In this document: positions 1 to 7,946 of the stretch, in pieces
Layout of the letters: each line of letters starts with the position of its first letter
Position numbering within the stretch: position 1 is the stretch's first letter
Source: Pedobacter sp.
GTDB lineage: Bacteria > Bacteroidota > Bacteroidia > Sphingobacteriales > Sphingobacteriaceae
Length of the DNA: 64,000 nt
Direction: 5' to 3'
Assembly: GCA_036677005.1 (NCBI GenBank)
Contig: JAKFBV010000069.1
Span: forward strand, 3,147 to 67,146
The notes under the pieces: model-generated
Told to the model about the DNA's origin: nothing
The model's database searches: none
Seen by the model: only the letters and a program-made list of their open reading frames with translations
Translations under genes and position numbers: made by a program

Positions 1-18
1 CAGCTGAGCTAATCTCCC
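1..18 (-). tRNA. 5' end of a tRNA gene truncated by the window edge (isotype unknown)
   Basis: Reverse complement of nt 1-18 reads GGGAGATTAGCTCAGCTG, which is an acceptor stem followed by the conserved D-arm start TAGCTCAGCTG. A TAnnTTTG box lies 12 nt upstream on the same strand. Confidence 0.5.
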
Positions 19-30
19 TGATTGGGAGTG

Positions 31-38
31 CAAATATA
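31..38 (-). promoter_or_regulatory. Bacteroidota -7 box (TATATTTG) for the truncated tRNA
   Basis: Plus strand CAAATATA is TATATTTG on the minus strand and matches TAnnTTTG. It lies 12 nt upstream of the tRNA 5' end. Confidence 0.45.
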
Positions 39-150
39 GGCGTATGAAGGTAATAGGCAAAATAAAAATGAAAATAGCTTATAATTACCTTAAAGTGAGC
101 TACTTGCCGTTGTAACCCCTACTCTTTTTTGTGCCTTCAGTAAGTATGAA

Positions 151-504
151 ATGGCTTGTTCCGAAGTGTCGCGGGTTTTTCAAACAGAATATTTATATTT
201 ATTTAATATTCTGAATTATATGTCCAGAGATCTTGTAAGCAAGGCATTAACAGTATTCTGTGTTCCTGTCAGCCTTTTTATCCTCTTGCTTCCCTTCTCA
301 TTCCTAACAGGATGGAATTTAGCTAAAGCCCTTATTTACTGGTTTTTTATAAGTCCTTTTATGGCTGAGTATCTGCCAGCCGTCTTTTCTTATAGCAAAA
401 ATCAATTGGCACTACCCCAATTAAGCAGAACAGGACATTCCGGTCAAAGGAAATTTCCAGGAAATAACCTGGTGTTGAGTATTAAGAGATTATTGCCTGA
501 TTAA
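151..504 (+). CDS. hypothetical small membrane protein (doubtful)
   Basis: 117-aa ORF with hydrophobic segments. No recognisable family and an uncertain start. Confidence 0.25.
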   Translation: MACSEVSRVFQTEYLYLFNILNYMSRDLVSKALTVFCVPVSLFILLLPFSFLTGWNLAKALIYWFFISPFMAEYLPAVFSYSKNQLALPQLSRTGHSGQRKFPGNNLVLSIKRLLPD

Positions 505-630
505 TAATATTTTAGGAGGGGAAAGGAACCATGGATGGGTATGTGCCCGGGCAATGGGGCAGATTGAATTGAAAAAAATAAAGCATCAGGTTCCGGAATA
601 AAATATTTTAATCACATCAGTATTTGCAAC

Positions 631-1572
631 ATGTCAAAAATTATAACTATCACATTCAACCCCGCCATTGATAAGAGCACCACAGTGCCAGCCCTGATAC
701 CTGAAAAGAAATTAAAGTGCACTAAGCCGGTTTATGAGCCGGGCGGTGGAGGCATTAATGTGGCAAGGGCTATAAAAAAACTGGGGGGAACTGCAACTGC
801 TATTTATATGGCCGGGGGCTATACCGGCAAAGCATTTACCCAGCTGCTTAACAAGGAAGGCATAGATTCAATAGTTGCTGAAATAAAAGAGAATACAAGA
901 GAAAACCTTATTGTGTATGAAACCTCAACGAATCAGCAATACCGTTTTGGAATGCCGGGCCCGTCCATTCTTGAACAGGAGTGGCAGCAATGTCTGGCAC
1001 AAATTGAAAATATTAAAGAAGCAGACTTCATTATAGTAAGTGGCGCTTTACCGCAGGGAATACCCCTTGCTGTTTATTCAAAAATTGGATCTATAGCACG
1101 AAGTATAAATGCAAAACTGATTGTTGACACATCCGGTGAAGCTTTAATGGAGGCAGTGCAGGCAGGTCTTTATTTAATTAAACCCAACCTGGCTGAACTG
1201 AGTTCATTGCTGGGTAAAGAAGGTCTGAATATTGAACGGGTGGATGAAGCAGCGAGGGAAGTAATAAACAAAGGGAAATGTGAAGTGGTAGTGGTCTCAA
1301 TGGGTGCGGCAGGAGCCATGCTGGTAACGAAAAACCTGGCTATGCACATCATGCCCCCGGCTGTTAAAATAAAAAGTACAGTAGGCGCTGGTGACAGTAT
1401 GCTGGCCGGGATTGTGCTAAGCCTGGTACAAAATAAAAGCATTGAAGAAGCTGCACAGTATGGTGTAGCCTGCGGTACAGCCGCGACCATGAACGCAGGT
1501 ACTGAATTGTGCAGAAAAGAAGATGCAGACCATTTATATAATTTGATACAGCTGAATAAATTCAAAGGATAA
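631..1572 (+). CDS. PfkB-family carbohydrate kinase (1-phosphofructokinase / 6-phosphofructokinase II-like)
   Basis: N-terminal ITITFNPAIDK...GGGGINVAR and C-terminal GAGDSMLAG motifs are typical of the PfkB/ribokinase family. Confidence 0.9.
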   Translation: MSKIITITFNPAIDKSTTVPALIPEKKLKCTKPVYEPGGGGINVARAIKKLGGTATAIYMAGGYTGKAFTQLLNKEGIDSIVAEIKENTRENLIVYETSTNQQYRFGMPGPSILEQEWQQCLAQIENIKEADFIIVSGALPQGIPLAVYSKIGSIARSINAKLIVDTSGEALMEAVQAGLYLIKPNLAELSSLLGKEGLNIERVDEAAREVINKGKCEVVVVSMGAAGAMLVTKNLAMHIMPPAVKIKSTVGAGDSMLAGIVLSLVQNKSIEEAAQYGVACGTAATMNAGTELCRKEDADHLYNLIQLNKFKG

Positions 1573-1780
1573 ATCCCCTCATCAAAACGATTCGTCTAAA
1601 ATAGTGTAAAGCAATGATGCTGAATTGATTGGCGTTTACTGTGTTTCGGATTTTGGTTTGAAGCTTTGTGCTATCCGGGAAAGACCATGGCGGATAGCAC
1701 AGAAAGGAATGTTTCTAAATAAAGATGATATTCACCACTCTCATTTCATTATTCTAGCTTTACAGGAAATAAAAAAACAG

Positions 1781-2005
1781 ATGTCAAAGACAAAACTAAC
1801 AATCAATAGTAACGGCTCCGTCAGGATAGAAGGCGATTTTGAGATCGTAGATAAAAACGGGGGTGTTTACGGGCTTCAGGGCCGGACCGTACTTTCCATC
1901 TGCCGCTGCGGACTTTCGAAGAATAAGCCCTTTTGTGATGGCTCACATAACGGACATTTTGAGCATGAGGCCATTGCTTTTGATCTGCCGCCGAAGAAGG
2001 TATAG
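1781..2005 (+). CDS. CDGSH iron-sulfur domain protein
   Basis: CRCGLSKNKPFCDGSH matches the CDGSH 2Fe-2S motif. Start taken at the ATG at 1781 (MSKTKL); the longer tracked ORF from 1625 runs through a strong hairpin. Confidence 0.8.
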   Translation: MSKTKLTINSNGSVRIEGDFEIVDKNGGVYGLQGRTVLSICRCGLSKNKPFCDGSHNGHFEHEAIAFDLPPKKV

Positions 2006-2007
2006 GG

Positions 2008-2126
2008 AATAAGTTTTAGGTTATAAGTAATAAGTTGTAAGTAATAAGTTTTAAGTTGGGACTACTAATTTCAAATAAAGTACTCATTACTAACAACCAG
2101 CAACCAACAACTAACAACAACCAACC
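2008..2126. repeat. in-phase heptanucleotide mosaic tract (17 heptads)
   Basis: AATAAGT TTTAGGT TATAAGT AATAAGT TGTAAGT AATAAGT TTTAAGT TGGGACT ACTAATT TCAAATA AAGTACT CATTACT AACAACC AGCAACC AACAACT AACAACA ACCAACC, read directly in one register. Confidence 0.8.
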
Positions 2127-2163
2127 AAAAAAGCCTTCCGCAAGCCGGGGGGCTTTCTTTTTT
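2127..2163 (+). terminator. intrinsic terminator after the CDGSH gene
   Basis: AAAAAAGCC...GGCTTTCTTTTTT forms a GC-containing hairpin followed by a T-run. Confidence 0.6.
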
Positions 2164-2337
2164 AGCCCGGATCTGCCAGAAAATGAATGTTTCCGGCCCG
2201 GGCTTTCTGAGATTGGTCCCGGAGAGTTATTTAGCTGAAAAAAGAGCGGTAATTATTCTTTTTCCCGGAAAATGCTTAATTTCAATAACGCAAATGTTTA
2301 GTTGTTAATGTTTTAATTAAAACCAAACGCTCTCATC

Positions 2338-2820
2338 ATGGACCAGCAAAACTCTGCCCTAAGCCCCCGGGGCTTTTTCAAAACGCTTACATTGCTCTAT
2401 TTTTCATTTTTAACTGCCCAGCTCCTGTTCGCAGTGATGGCCTTCCTCAATCAGGGCAGCACGTACTTCGACTATACCGATACCAATGATGTGTTTATCT
2501 ATGCCGTTCCGGTGTTCGCTGTAGCTTCCATAGTGCTGGGTATCGTGCTGTATGGTCAGCAAACATCTGAACTGGGACGGAAAAACTCCCTGAAAGAAAA
2601 ACTGGCTGCTTATCAATCTGCAGTTTTGATCCGAATGGCCTTTCTGGAAGCGGCCTCGATCTTCGGGATCGTCGCTTTTATTCTGAAGGGAAATCTGTTC
2701 AGCCTCTTAATTACCGGGCTGGTCACCCTTTATTTTATAACGCTGAGGCCGGCTAAGGAAAGGGCGGAAGATTACCTGCATTTGAGTCATGATGAAAAAA
2801 GACAGTTTTATGAAGATTAA
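2338..2820 (+). CDS. hypothetical 4-TM membrane protein
   Basis: 160-aa ORF with four hydrophobic helices. No family recognised. Confidence 0.6.
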   Translation: MDQQNSALSPRGFFKTLTLLYFSFLTAQLLFAVMAFLNQGSTYFDYTDTNDVFIYAVPVFAVASIVLGIVLYGQQTSELGRKNSLKEKLAAYQSAVLIRMAFLEAASIFGIVAFILKGNLFSLLITGLVTLYFITLRPAKERAEDYLHLSHDEKRQFYED

Positions 2821-2880
2821 ATTATTGACGTTCTGATCCAGATCCTTTTTACAGGCCAGGGGTACAGCATGCCGGGCAGG

Positions 2881-4158
2881 CTATGCGGGCAGTTTGGTGA
2901 TCATGATCTTATCAATTCTCATTTCATCCATGTCGATGATCTCAAACTCAAAGTTTCCCCATTTCATCCGGTCGCCTATAACCGGGAAATTATTTAACTG
3001 ACTTAGAATTAGCCCCGCAAGTGTGGTAAAACCTTCGGCTTCCAGGGTGTCTGTTATGTGAAAATAGCTTACAAATTCATAGTAAGGGCATTGTCCCTCT
3101 GCCAGCCAGGAGTTTTCACCCCGCTGAACAATATTGCTGTCTCCGTTTTTCTGGTTGAAGGTATCCCCGATCAGGGCACTTACCAGGTCTCTGATCGATA
3201 GTACTCCCTGCATACTGCCATGTTCATCCACAACCACAACCAGGTGTACTTTGAACTCCCTGAATTTTTCGAGTACGCGATAGGCAGCCATATTTTCCTG
3301 AACGTAAACCGGTTTCAGGATCAGATCCTTAAGGCTGAAATCTGCTGCGTTGAAACTCTTCTGGAAGATCTGATTGACAGAAACAAGGCCCAGAAGCTCA
3401 TCCGCAGAATGGCCGCTTACCGGATAGGATGAGTGAGAATTCAGCTCGATCTTTGTGTGTATAGAATCCAGGTTATCATTAATATTGATCCAGGTAAGAT
3501 CAGAGCGGTGAGTCATTAATTCTGCAGCCTTCCTGTCGCCCAGAGCAAATACCCGCTGTACGATCTCTTTCTCAATTTCCTGAATTTCGCCGCTGCGGGT
3601 GCTTGCAGCAATAATCGACTGGATCTCTTCTTCACTGATGATACCATCCTGTTTCTCCCTGATGTTCAACAGTTTTAATAAAAGTTCATTGCTGTTCACC
3701 AGAAGCCAGATGAAGGGCCTGGTTAAACGGGAAATGAAATTCATCGGCCTGGCAACCATGGATGCTATTTTTTCGGGCGAGTTTAAACCAATGCGTTTGG
3801 GGAGCAGTTCTCCGAATACAATGGAGAAATAGGTCAGGATCAGCACCACAAATAATACCGAAAGGCTTTCAGAATAGAGGCTGATAAAGGGGATCCTGTC
3901 AAAAAATAATTCAAGATCTTTGGTCAGTTTTTCACCGCTGAAAATACCTGTCAGTATTCCGATCAGGGTTATCCCGATCTGTACAGTGGATAAAAAGGTA
4001 TTCGGTTTTCCTGCGAGTTCAAGCGCTTTTCTGGCATTTTTATTTCCTCTTTTTGCCGCACTTTCTAAAGTAAACCTGCGGGAAGCGATCAGGGCAACCT
4101 CACTCATTGAAAATATCCCGTTCAGAAGTATCAGAAAGGCTATGATAAGGATCTCCAT
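2881..4158 (-). CDS. CNNM/hemolysin-family transporter (DUF21 + CBS pair + CorC_HlyC)
   Basis: N-terminal DUF21 membrane domain (SMSEVALIASRR), a central CBS region and a C-terminal CorC/HlyC-like domain. Confidence 0.9.
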   Translation of the reverse strand: MEILIIAFLILLNGIFSMSEVALIASRRFTLESAAKRGNKNARKALELAGKPNTFLSTVQIGITLIGILTGIFSGEKLTKDLELFFDRIPFISLYSESLSVLFVVLILTYFSIVFGELLPKRIGLNSPEKIASMVARPMNFISRLTRPFIWLLVNSNELLLKLLNIREKQDGIISEEEIQSIIAASTRSGEIQEIEKEIVQRVFALGDRKAAELMTHRSDLTWININDNLDSIHTKIELNSHSSYPVSGHSADELLGLVSVNQIFQKSFNAADFSLKDLILKPVYVQENMAAYRVLEKFREFKVHLVVVVDEHGSMQGVLSIRDLVSALIGDTFNQKNGDSNIVQRGENSWLAEGQCPYYEFVSYFHITDTLEAEGFTTLAGLILSQLNNFPVIGDRMKWGNFEFEIIDMDEMRIDKIMITKLPA

Positions 4159-4163
4159 AAGAA

Positions 4164-4171
4164 CAAAGTTA
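4164..4171 (-). promoter_or_regulatory. -7 box TAACTTTG, 5 nt upstream of the CNNM start codon
   Basis: Plus strand CAAAGTTA; matches TAnnTTTG on the minus strand. Confidence 0.4.
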
Positions 4172-4324
4172 ATTTTTTAGCCATGGAATATCCCTTTTAA
4201 GGAATTAAATCAGGGACCGGATTAAAATAGTTCATGCCCTTAGCGGGCCGGAACTCTGCAGAGCCTTTAACACGTATATTATTTCGTAACTTTACCTTCA
4301 TTGTAAACCGTAAACATTACCTGC

Positions 4325-4828
4325 ATGCGCTCCAGTGTCCTGATATTCTTTCTGCTTTTGTTTTCTTTGGAATCATTCTCCCAGGCACCGGTATTGGCCG
4401 TAAACCGCGTTGATAAGCGTACCGGGGAAGTGATCAGGCAGACTTCTATGTATTCATTTAAGGATGGTGCTAACCTTACCCGCCTGAATGTTTCGGTCAG
4501 GGCAGTGGATGATGATTATTTCCTGCTGCTGAATGTTCCTGTTGCGGCCACTATAAAAAAGGGAACAGAGATCAGGATACTGATGGAAGACGGCAAGTCT
4601 TTGAAATTAATATCGAATAATGATATCATCTCCATGGGCGAGTCGGATATCAGTAAAAGAATGATCGTTTGCGACCTGGAACCCGGGAAGGAGCTGAATG
4701 AATTAATGAAGCAGCCGGTAAAAGCCATTTCCATACCTTCCAGCAATAAGGGCATTATTGAGCTTAATTTAATTGCCAGGGATAAGGGACTTATCCGGTC
4801 CGGATTGATGCTGGTTCAGAAAAAGTAA
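4325..4828 (+). CDS. hypothetical secreted protein
   Basis: 167-aa ORF with an N-terminal signal peptide (LLLFSLESFSQA). Confidence 0.6.
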   Translation: MRSSVLIFFLLLFSLESFSQAPVLAVNRVDKRTGEVIRQTSMYSFKDGANLTRLNVSVRAVDDDYFLLLNVPVAATIKKGTEIRILMEDGKSLKLISNNDIISMGESDISKRMIVCDLEPGKELNELMKQPVKAISIPSSNKGIIELNLIARDKGLIRSGLMLVQKK

Positions 4829-4984
4829 CAGGATCAATGTTCTGTTAGTTGGCAGGGCCATCCCCGGGAGGTATTACCCGATGAAATTTATATTTTACCA
4901 TTCTTTAAATATCCCAATCCCGCCTAAATCTTGCTTTTCTCTTTATTTATTTTACATTTACTTAAATAAACTAACCAAAATTTC

Positions 4985-5626
4985 ATGAAAAGAATACTTT
5001 ACATGGCATTAATTTTAATGCCGGATTTATTGTTTGCTCAGTTCGAAGGCTCCAAACAAACCTTTGAAAGTCCCAAATTAAAATCATCGATTGCCAGCCA
5101 CAAAACGGCAGCGATCCTTCCTTTTGATGTAAAGATCACTTATCGCAAGCAGCCAAAGAATTTCAATTCTGATGCGAATAAAGATCAGGAAAAAACAATG
5201 TCGAAATCAATTCAGGCGAGTATGTACACCTTTCTTTTAAGACGGGTGGAAGATTATTCTGTTTCATTTCAGGATGTAGATAAAACTAATATCCTGCTCA
5301 AAAAGGCCGGAGTGGAAAACAAACTCGATGAATACACGAAGGATGAACTGGCAAAGATACTGGGGGTAGATGCCATCCTTGGAGGGAGATTTGAAACAGA
5401 ACAAACAAAATCAGAGGGGGCTGCGATCGCAACGGTATTGCTGACCGGAGGATTTGGAGGAAAGACAGGTACAGGGAGCTTATTTCTGACTATAAATAAT
5501 GGTTCGGATGGGGAATTGTTATGGCGGTTTTTTAAGACTATGGACGACGGGATTGGCGGCTCTACCGATGATCTGGTAGAACGGATGATGCGCAAGGTTT
5601 CCAGAAACTTCCCTTATTCAAAATAA
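4985..5626 (+). CDS. hypothetical secreted protein (possibly LpoB/CsgG-like fold)
   Basis: Signal peptide, an AILPFDV motif and a Gly-rich C-terminal half. The family assignment is a guess. Confidence 0.6.
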   Translation: MKRILYMALILMPDLLFAQFEGSKQTFESPKLKSSIASHKTAAILPFDVKITYRKQPKNFNSDANKDQEKTMSKSIQASMYTFLLRRVEDYSVSFQDVDKTNILLKKAGVENKLDEYTKDELAKILGVDAILGGRFETEQTKSEGAAIATVLLTGGFGGKTGTGSLFLTINNGSDGELLWRFFKTMDDGIGGSTDDLVERMMRKVSRNFPYSK

Positions 5627-5871
5627 GCGATTGATCCGGTGAATTTAACAGAGTTTTGAAGTACAGAATAAGGAACAAAGAACAAAGACGAATTGGTTTG
5701 AATTAATGAATCAGCAGGTCCTTGTTCTTTACTCCCTGCTCCGGGAAGGGTCTCGTTCTCTTCCAGCTTATCAATAAGTTCTGAAATCTCTTTTTTCATG
5801 AAAAAGCCGACCATCCTCCTGAGCTTTTTTAATAATTCAATAGCAGCGCTGATTTTTTCCCGGTCATTCAT
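5614..5871 (-). CDS. doubtful small ORF
   Basis: The first ~45 aa look helical and protein-like. The C-terminal half is read through a period-7 non-coding tract. Confidence 0.25.
   Translation of the reverse strand: MNDREKISAAIELLKKLRRMVGFFMKKEISELIDKLEENETLPGAGSKEQGPADSLIQTNSSLFFVPYSVLQNSVKFTGSIAYFE
5670..5746. repeat. weaker in-phase heptanucleotide tract (11 heptads)
   Basis: AAGGAAC AAAGAAC AAAGACG AATTGGT TTGAATT AATGAAT CAGCAGG TCCTTGT TCTTTAC TCCCTGC TCCGGGA. It shares the 12-mer TCCTTGTTCTTT with the 62.4-kb tract. Confidence 0.45.
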
Positions 5872-5955
5872 ACACGCAAATCTATACTAAAAATATTAGT
5901 ATTACAATTGCTCCGGAATATTATTTTAATCGCAATATTTCTATATTTGGCCTCT

Positions 5956-6030
5956 ATGAAAATCATGCTTATTTTCGCATTTCTGCTTATCGCTGTCATC
6001 ATGATGGCCAGGTACAGAAAATTTTTTTAG
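5956..6030 (+). CDS. candidate 24-aa hydrophobic micro-ORF (MKIMLIFAFLLIAVIMMARYRKFF)
   Basis: ATG to TAG read by hand; a single TM helix with a basic tail. Not in the ORF track because it is too short. Confidence 0.3.
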   Translation: MKIMLIFAFLLIAVIMMARYRKFF

Positions 6031-6051
6031 CCGGTACCGGTCTTTGATGGC

Positions 6052-6171
6052 CTAGTTACACTGCCCCAATGCGAACCAGATCAATGCAAATATCAGGATC
6101 GTTCCGAGGCAGCCGCCACCTAGTTTTGAGGCTCCGTAGCCAGCTATTAATCCGCGAAATATATTATTCAT
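6052..6171 (-). CDS. candidate 39-aa membrane micro-protein (MNNIFRGLIAGYGASKLGGGCLGTILIFALIWFALGQCN)
   Basis: Read by hand on the minus strand; a Gly-rich segment followed by a TM helix. Confidence 0.35.
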   Translation of the reverse strand: MNNIFRGLIAGYGASKLGGGCLGTILIFALIWFALGQCN

Positions 6172-6331
6172 AGAAGTATAAATAAGGTTTAAATTTTAGT
6201 TTTTTAATGAAACCGGAAACAGGGGGAAATGTTTTATTTTAATTAGCATTCTGTTTTTGTTTAATTTAATTAATTTTAAATTATATACCTTGAAATAATT
6301 GAGTTTGAGGAGGTTTTATAAATAGCATATT

Positions 6332-6697
6332 ATGGGAAAGCGTATTTTAATTTGCGATGATGATGAAGATATTCTTTCCATTTGTACCTATATTCTTGAA
6401 GAAAACGGATGGGAGGTCCATACACGTACCCATTGTAAAAACATTGTTGAGGCTGTAAAGGAGATCAGTCCGGATATTATTATGATGGATAACTGGATTC
6501 CTGATGTGGGCGGGATAAAAGCTACTCAGGCAATTAAAAGCTCAGCCGAACTCAGGCATATTCCCATCATTTATTTTTCTGCAAATAATGATGTCAAGGC
6601 CCTCGCTCAGGTTGCCGGTGCTGATAAATACCTGGCAAAACCCTTCGATATTGATGAGCTTGAAAAAATGGTTTCCAGCGTTCTTAAGGAAAAATGA
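6332..6697 (+). CDS. stand-alone response-regulator receiver domain protein (CheY-like)
   Basis: ILICDDDEDI...IIMMDNWIPDVGG...KPF matches the receiver-domain pattern. There is no output domain. Confidence 0.85.
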   Translation: MGKRILICDDDEDILSICTYILEENGWEVHTRTHCKNIVEAVKEISPDIIMMDNWIPDVGGIKATQAIKSSAELRHIPIIYFSANNDVKALAQVAGADKYLAKPFDIDELEKMVSSVLKEK

Positions 6698-6807
6698 GCC
6701 ATAATTCAAGACCTTCGGCTGCAAATTGTTGATAACACAACAAATTGATAATCAATTTGTTAATTTTATTTTAGCTTTAAAATTTCCGTCTAATTAGCAA
6801 TAGCCCT

Positions 6808-6815
6808 TATATTTG
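6808..6815 (+). promoter_or_regulatory. -7 box TATATTTG upstream of the 2OG oxygenase gene
   Basis: Matches TAnnTTTG, 23 nt before the ATG at 6839. Confidence 0.4.
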
Positions 6816-6838
6816 TCGGTTTAATTAACTAATTAATT

Positions 6839-7804
6839 ATGTCAGCAGAAGTAAATATCCCGCGCCTTGATCTTAATGATTATATCAAAGGGACACCGGA
6901 ACAAAAAAAGAAATTTTCTGATCATATAGGAAAAGCATTTAATGAAACAGGCTTTGTAACCATTGCGAATCATGGCTTGACCAGGGAGCTGATGGATGAA
7001 CTATATGCCGAAGTGAAGAAATTCTTCAGCATGACTGATGAGCAGAAGTTAAAATATGAAAAGGCCGAACTGGCAGGTCAGCGCGGTTATACAAGTAAGG
7101 GCAGGGAGAAGGCCAAGGATTCTAAAACGCCCGATCTGAAGGAATTCTGGCAAAGCGGGCAGGTAGTTAGCGATGGGGATCCTGTGAAAGAGGAATACCC
7201 CGACAATATCATTGTAAATGAATTGCCCCGGTTCAATGAGATCACCCGTGAAGTTTATCAGCGCCTGGAAAGTGCCGGAAAGCATCTCCTGCATGCCATT
7301 GCAGTATATTTAAATCTTCCTGAAAATTATTTTGATGATAAAGTGCATAATGGCAACTCTATTTTAAGGGCTATCCATTATTTCCCGATAGAAGATCCGG
7401 ATAGTTTACCTGATGATGCGGTTCGTGCCGGAGCTCATGAAGATATTAACCTGATCACGCTTCTGATCGGCGCAAGTGCCGATGGCCTTGAGGTTTTAAC
7501 CCGCGACGGACAATGGTATCCTGTTAAAGCCAATGCAGAGGATATAGTGGTTAATGTGGGTGATATGCTGCAGCGCTTAACAAATAATAAATTAAAATCA
7601 ACCACTCACCGTGTGGTTAATCCGCCGCGCGAGCTGATGAAGACCTCCCGGTTCTCTGTGCCTTTCTTTCTGCATCCCAGGGCCGGTATGGATCTGACAG
7701 CCCTCGGTTCTTGTATTGATGAGAATCATCCTAAAGCTTTTGAAGATATCACAGCAGGAGAGTACCTGGATGAGCGCTTAAGGGAAATAGGATTGAAAAT
7801 GTAG
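6839..7804 (+). CDS. 2-oxoglutarate/Fe(II)-dependent oxygenase (isopenicillin N synthase family)
   Basis: Contains HEDINLITLL and STTHRVVNP motifs, which give the H-x-D...H iron triad and RxS. Confidence 0.85.
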   Translation: MSAEVNIPRLDLNDYIKGTPEQKKKFSDHIGKAFNETGFVTIANHGLTRELMDELYAEVKKFFSMTDEQKLKYEKAELAGQRGYTSKGREKAKDSKTPDLKEFWQSGQVVSDGDPVKEEYPDNIIVNELPRFNEITREVYQRLESAGKHLLHAIAVYLNLPENYFDDKVHNGNSILRAIHYFPIEDPDSLPDDAVRAGAHEDINLITLLIGASADGLEVLTRDGQWYPVKANAEDIVVNVGDMLQRLTNNKLKSTTHRVVNPPRELMKTSRFSVPFFLHPRAGMDLTALGSCIDENHPKAFEDITAGEYLDERLREIGLKM

Positions 7805-7826
7805 AGTCCTGCCAGAACCAATCTGC

Positions 7827-7896
7827 CGGAGATTTCTCGACGCGATAAAATTACCATAAATGGAAGCGAATATTCATCGCGTGTTCGAAACGAACG
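7827..7896 (+). repeat. dispersed ~70-nt hairpin element, copy 1
   Basis: About 59 of 68 hand-aligned positions are identical to the reverse complement of 30420-30488. Contains ACGCGAT/ATCGCGT and GTTCG-AAA-CGAAC stems. Confidence 0.75.
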
Positions 7897-7946
7897 CCCA
7901 GGAATTCTCCTGTGCTTCATCTAATACCTTACCGCCCGCTTCAGCC

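Noticed and set aside
1170-1565. Antisense or internal ORFs inside long genes (for example 1170-1565, 10772-11137, 29880-30269, 39616-40035, 41980-42477, 56316-56648)
   Set aside because: Each lies wholly within a confidently assigned gene on the other strand or in another frame and has a compositionally odd translation. These are typical shadow ORFs.
2056-2238. Tracked 60-aa ORF, and likewise ORF 15861-16247
   Set aside because: Both are read straight through period-7 repeat tracts and a terminator. A 7-nt period cannot be maintained by coding constraint, and the translations are low-complexity (QPTTNNNQP; SYQLSVISYQLSV).
7726-7920. Tracked ORF over repeat copy 1, ORF 30232-30423 reaching the edge of copy 2, and a shared mini-frame (..NIHRVFE.N..)
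   Set aside because: The long ORFs are not conserved between the two copies. The mini-frame has an ATG only in copy 1 (ATA in copy 2) and divergent ends. The substitution pattern fits RNA pairing at least as well.
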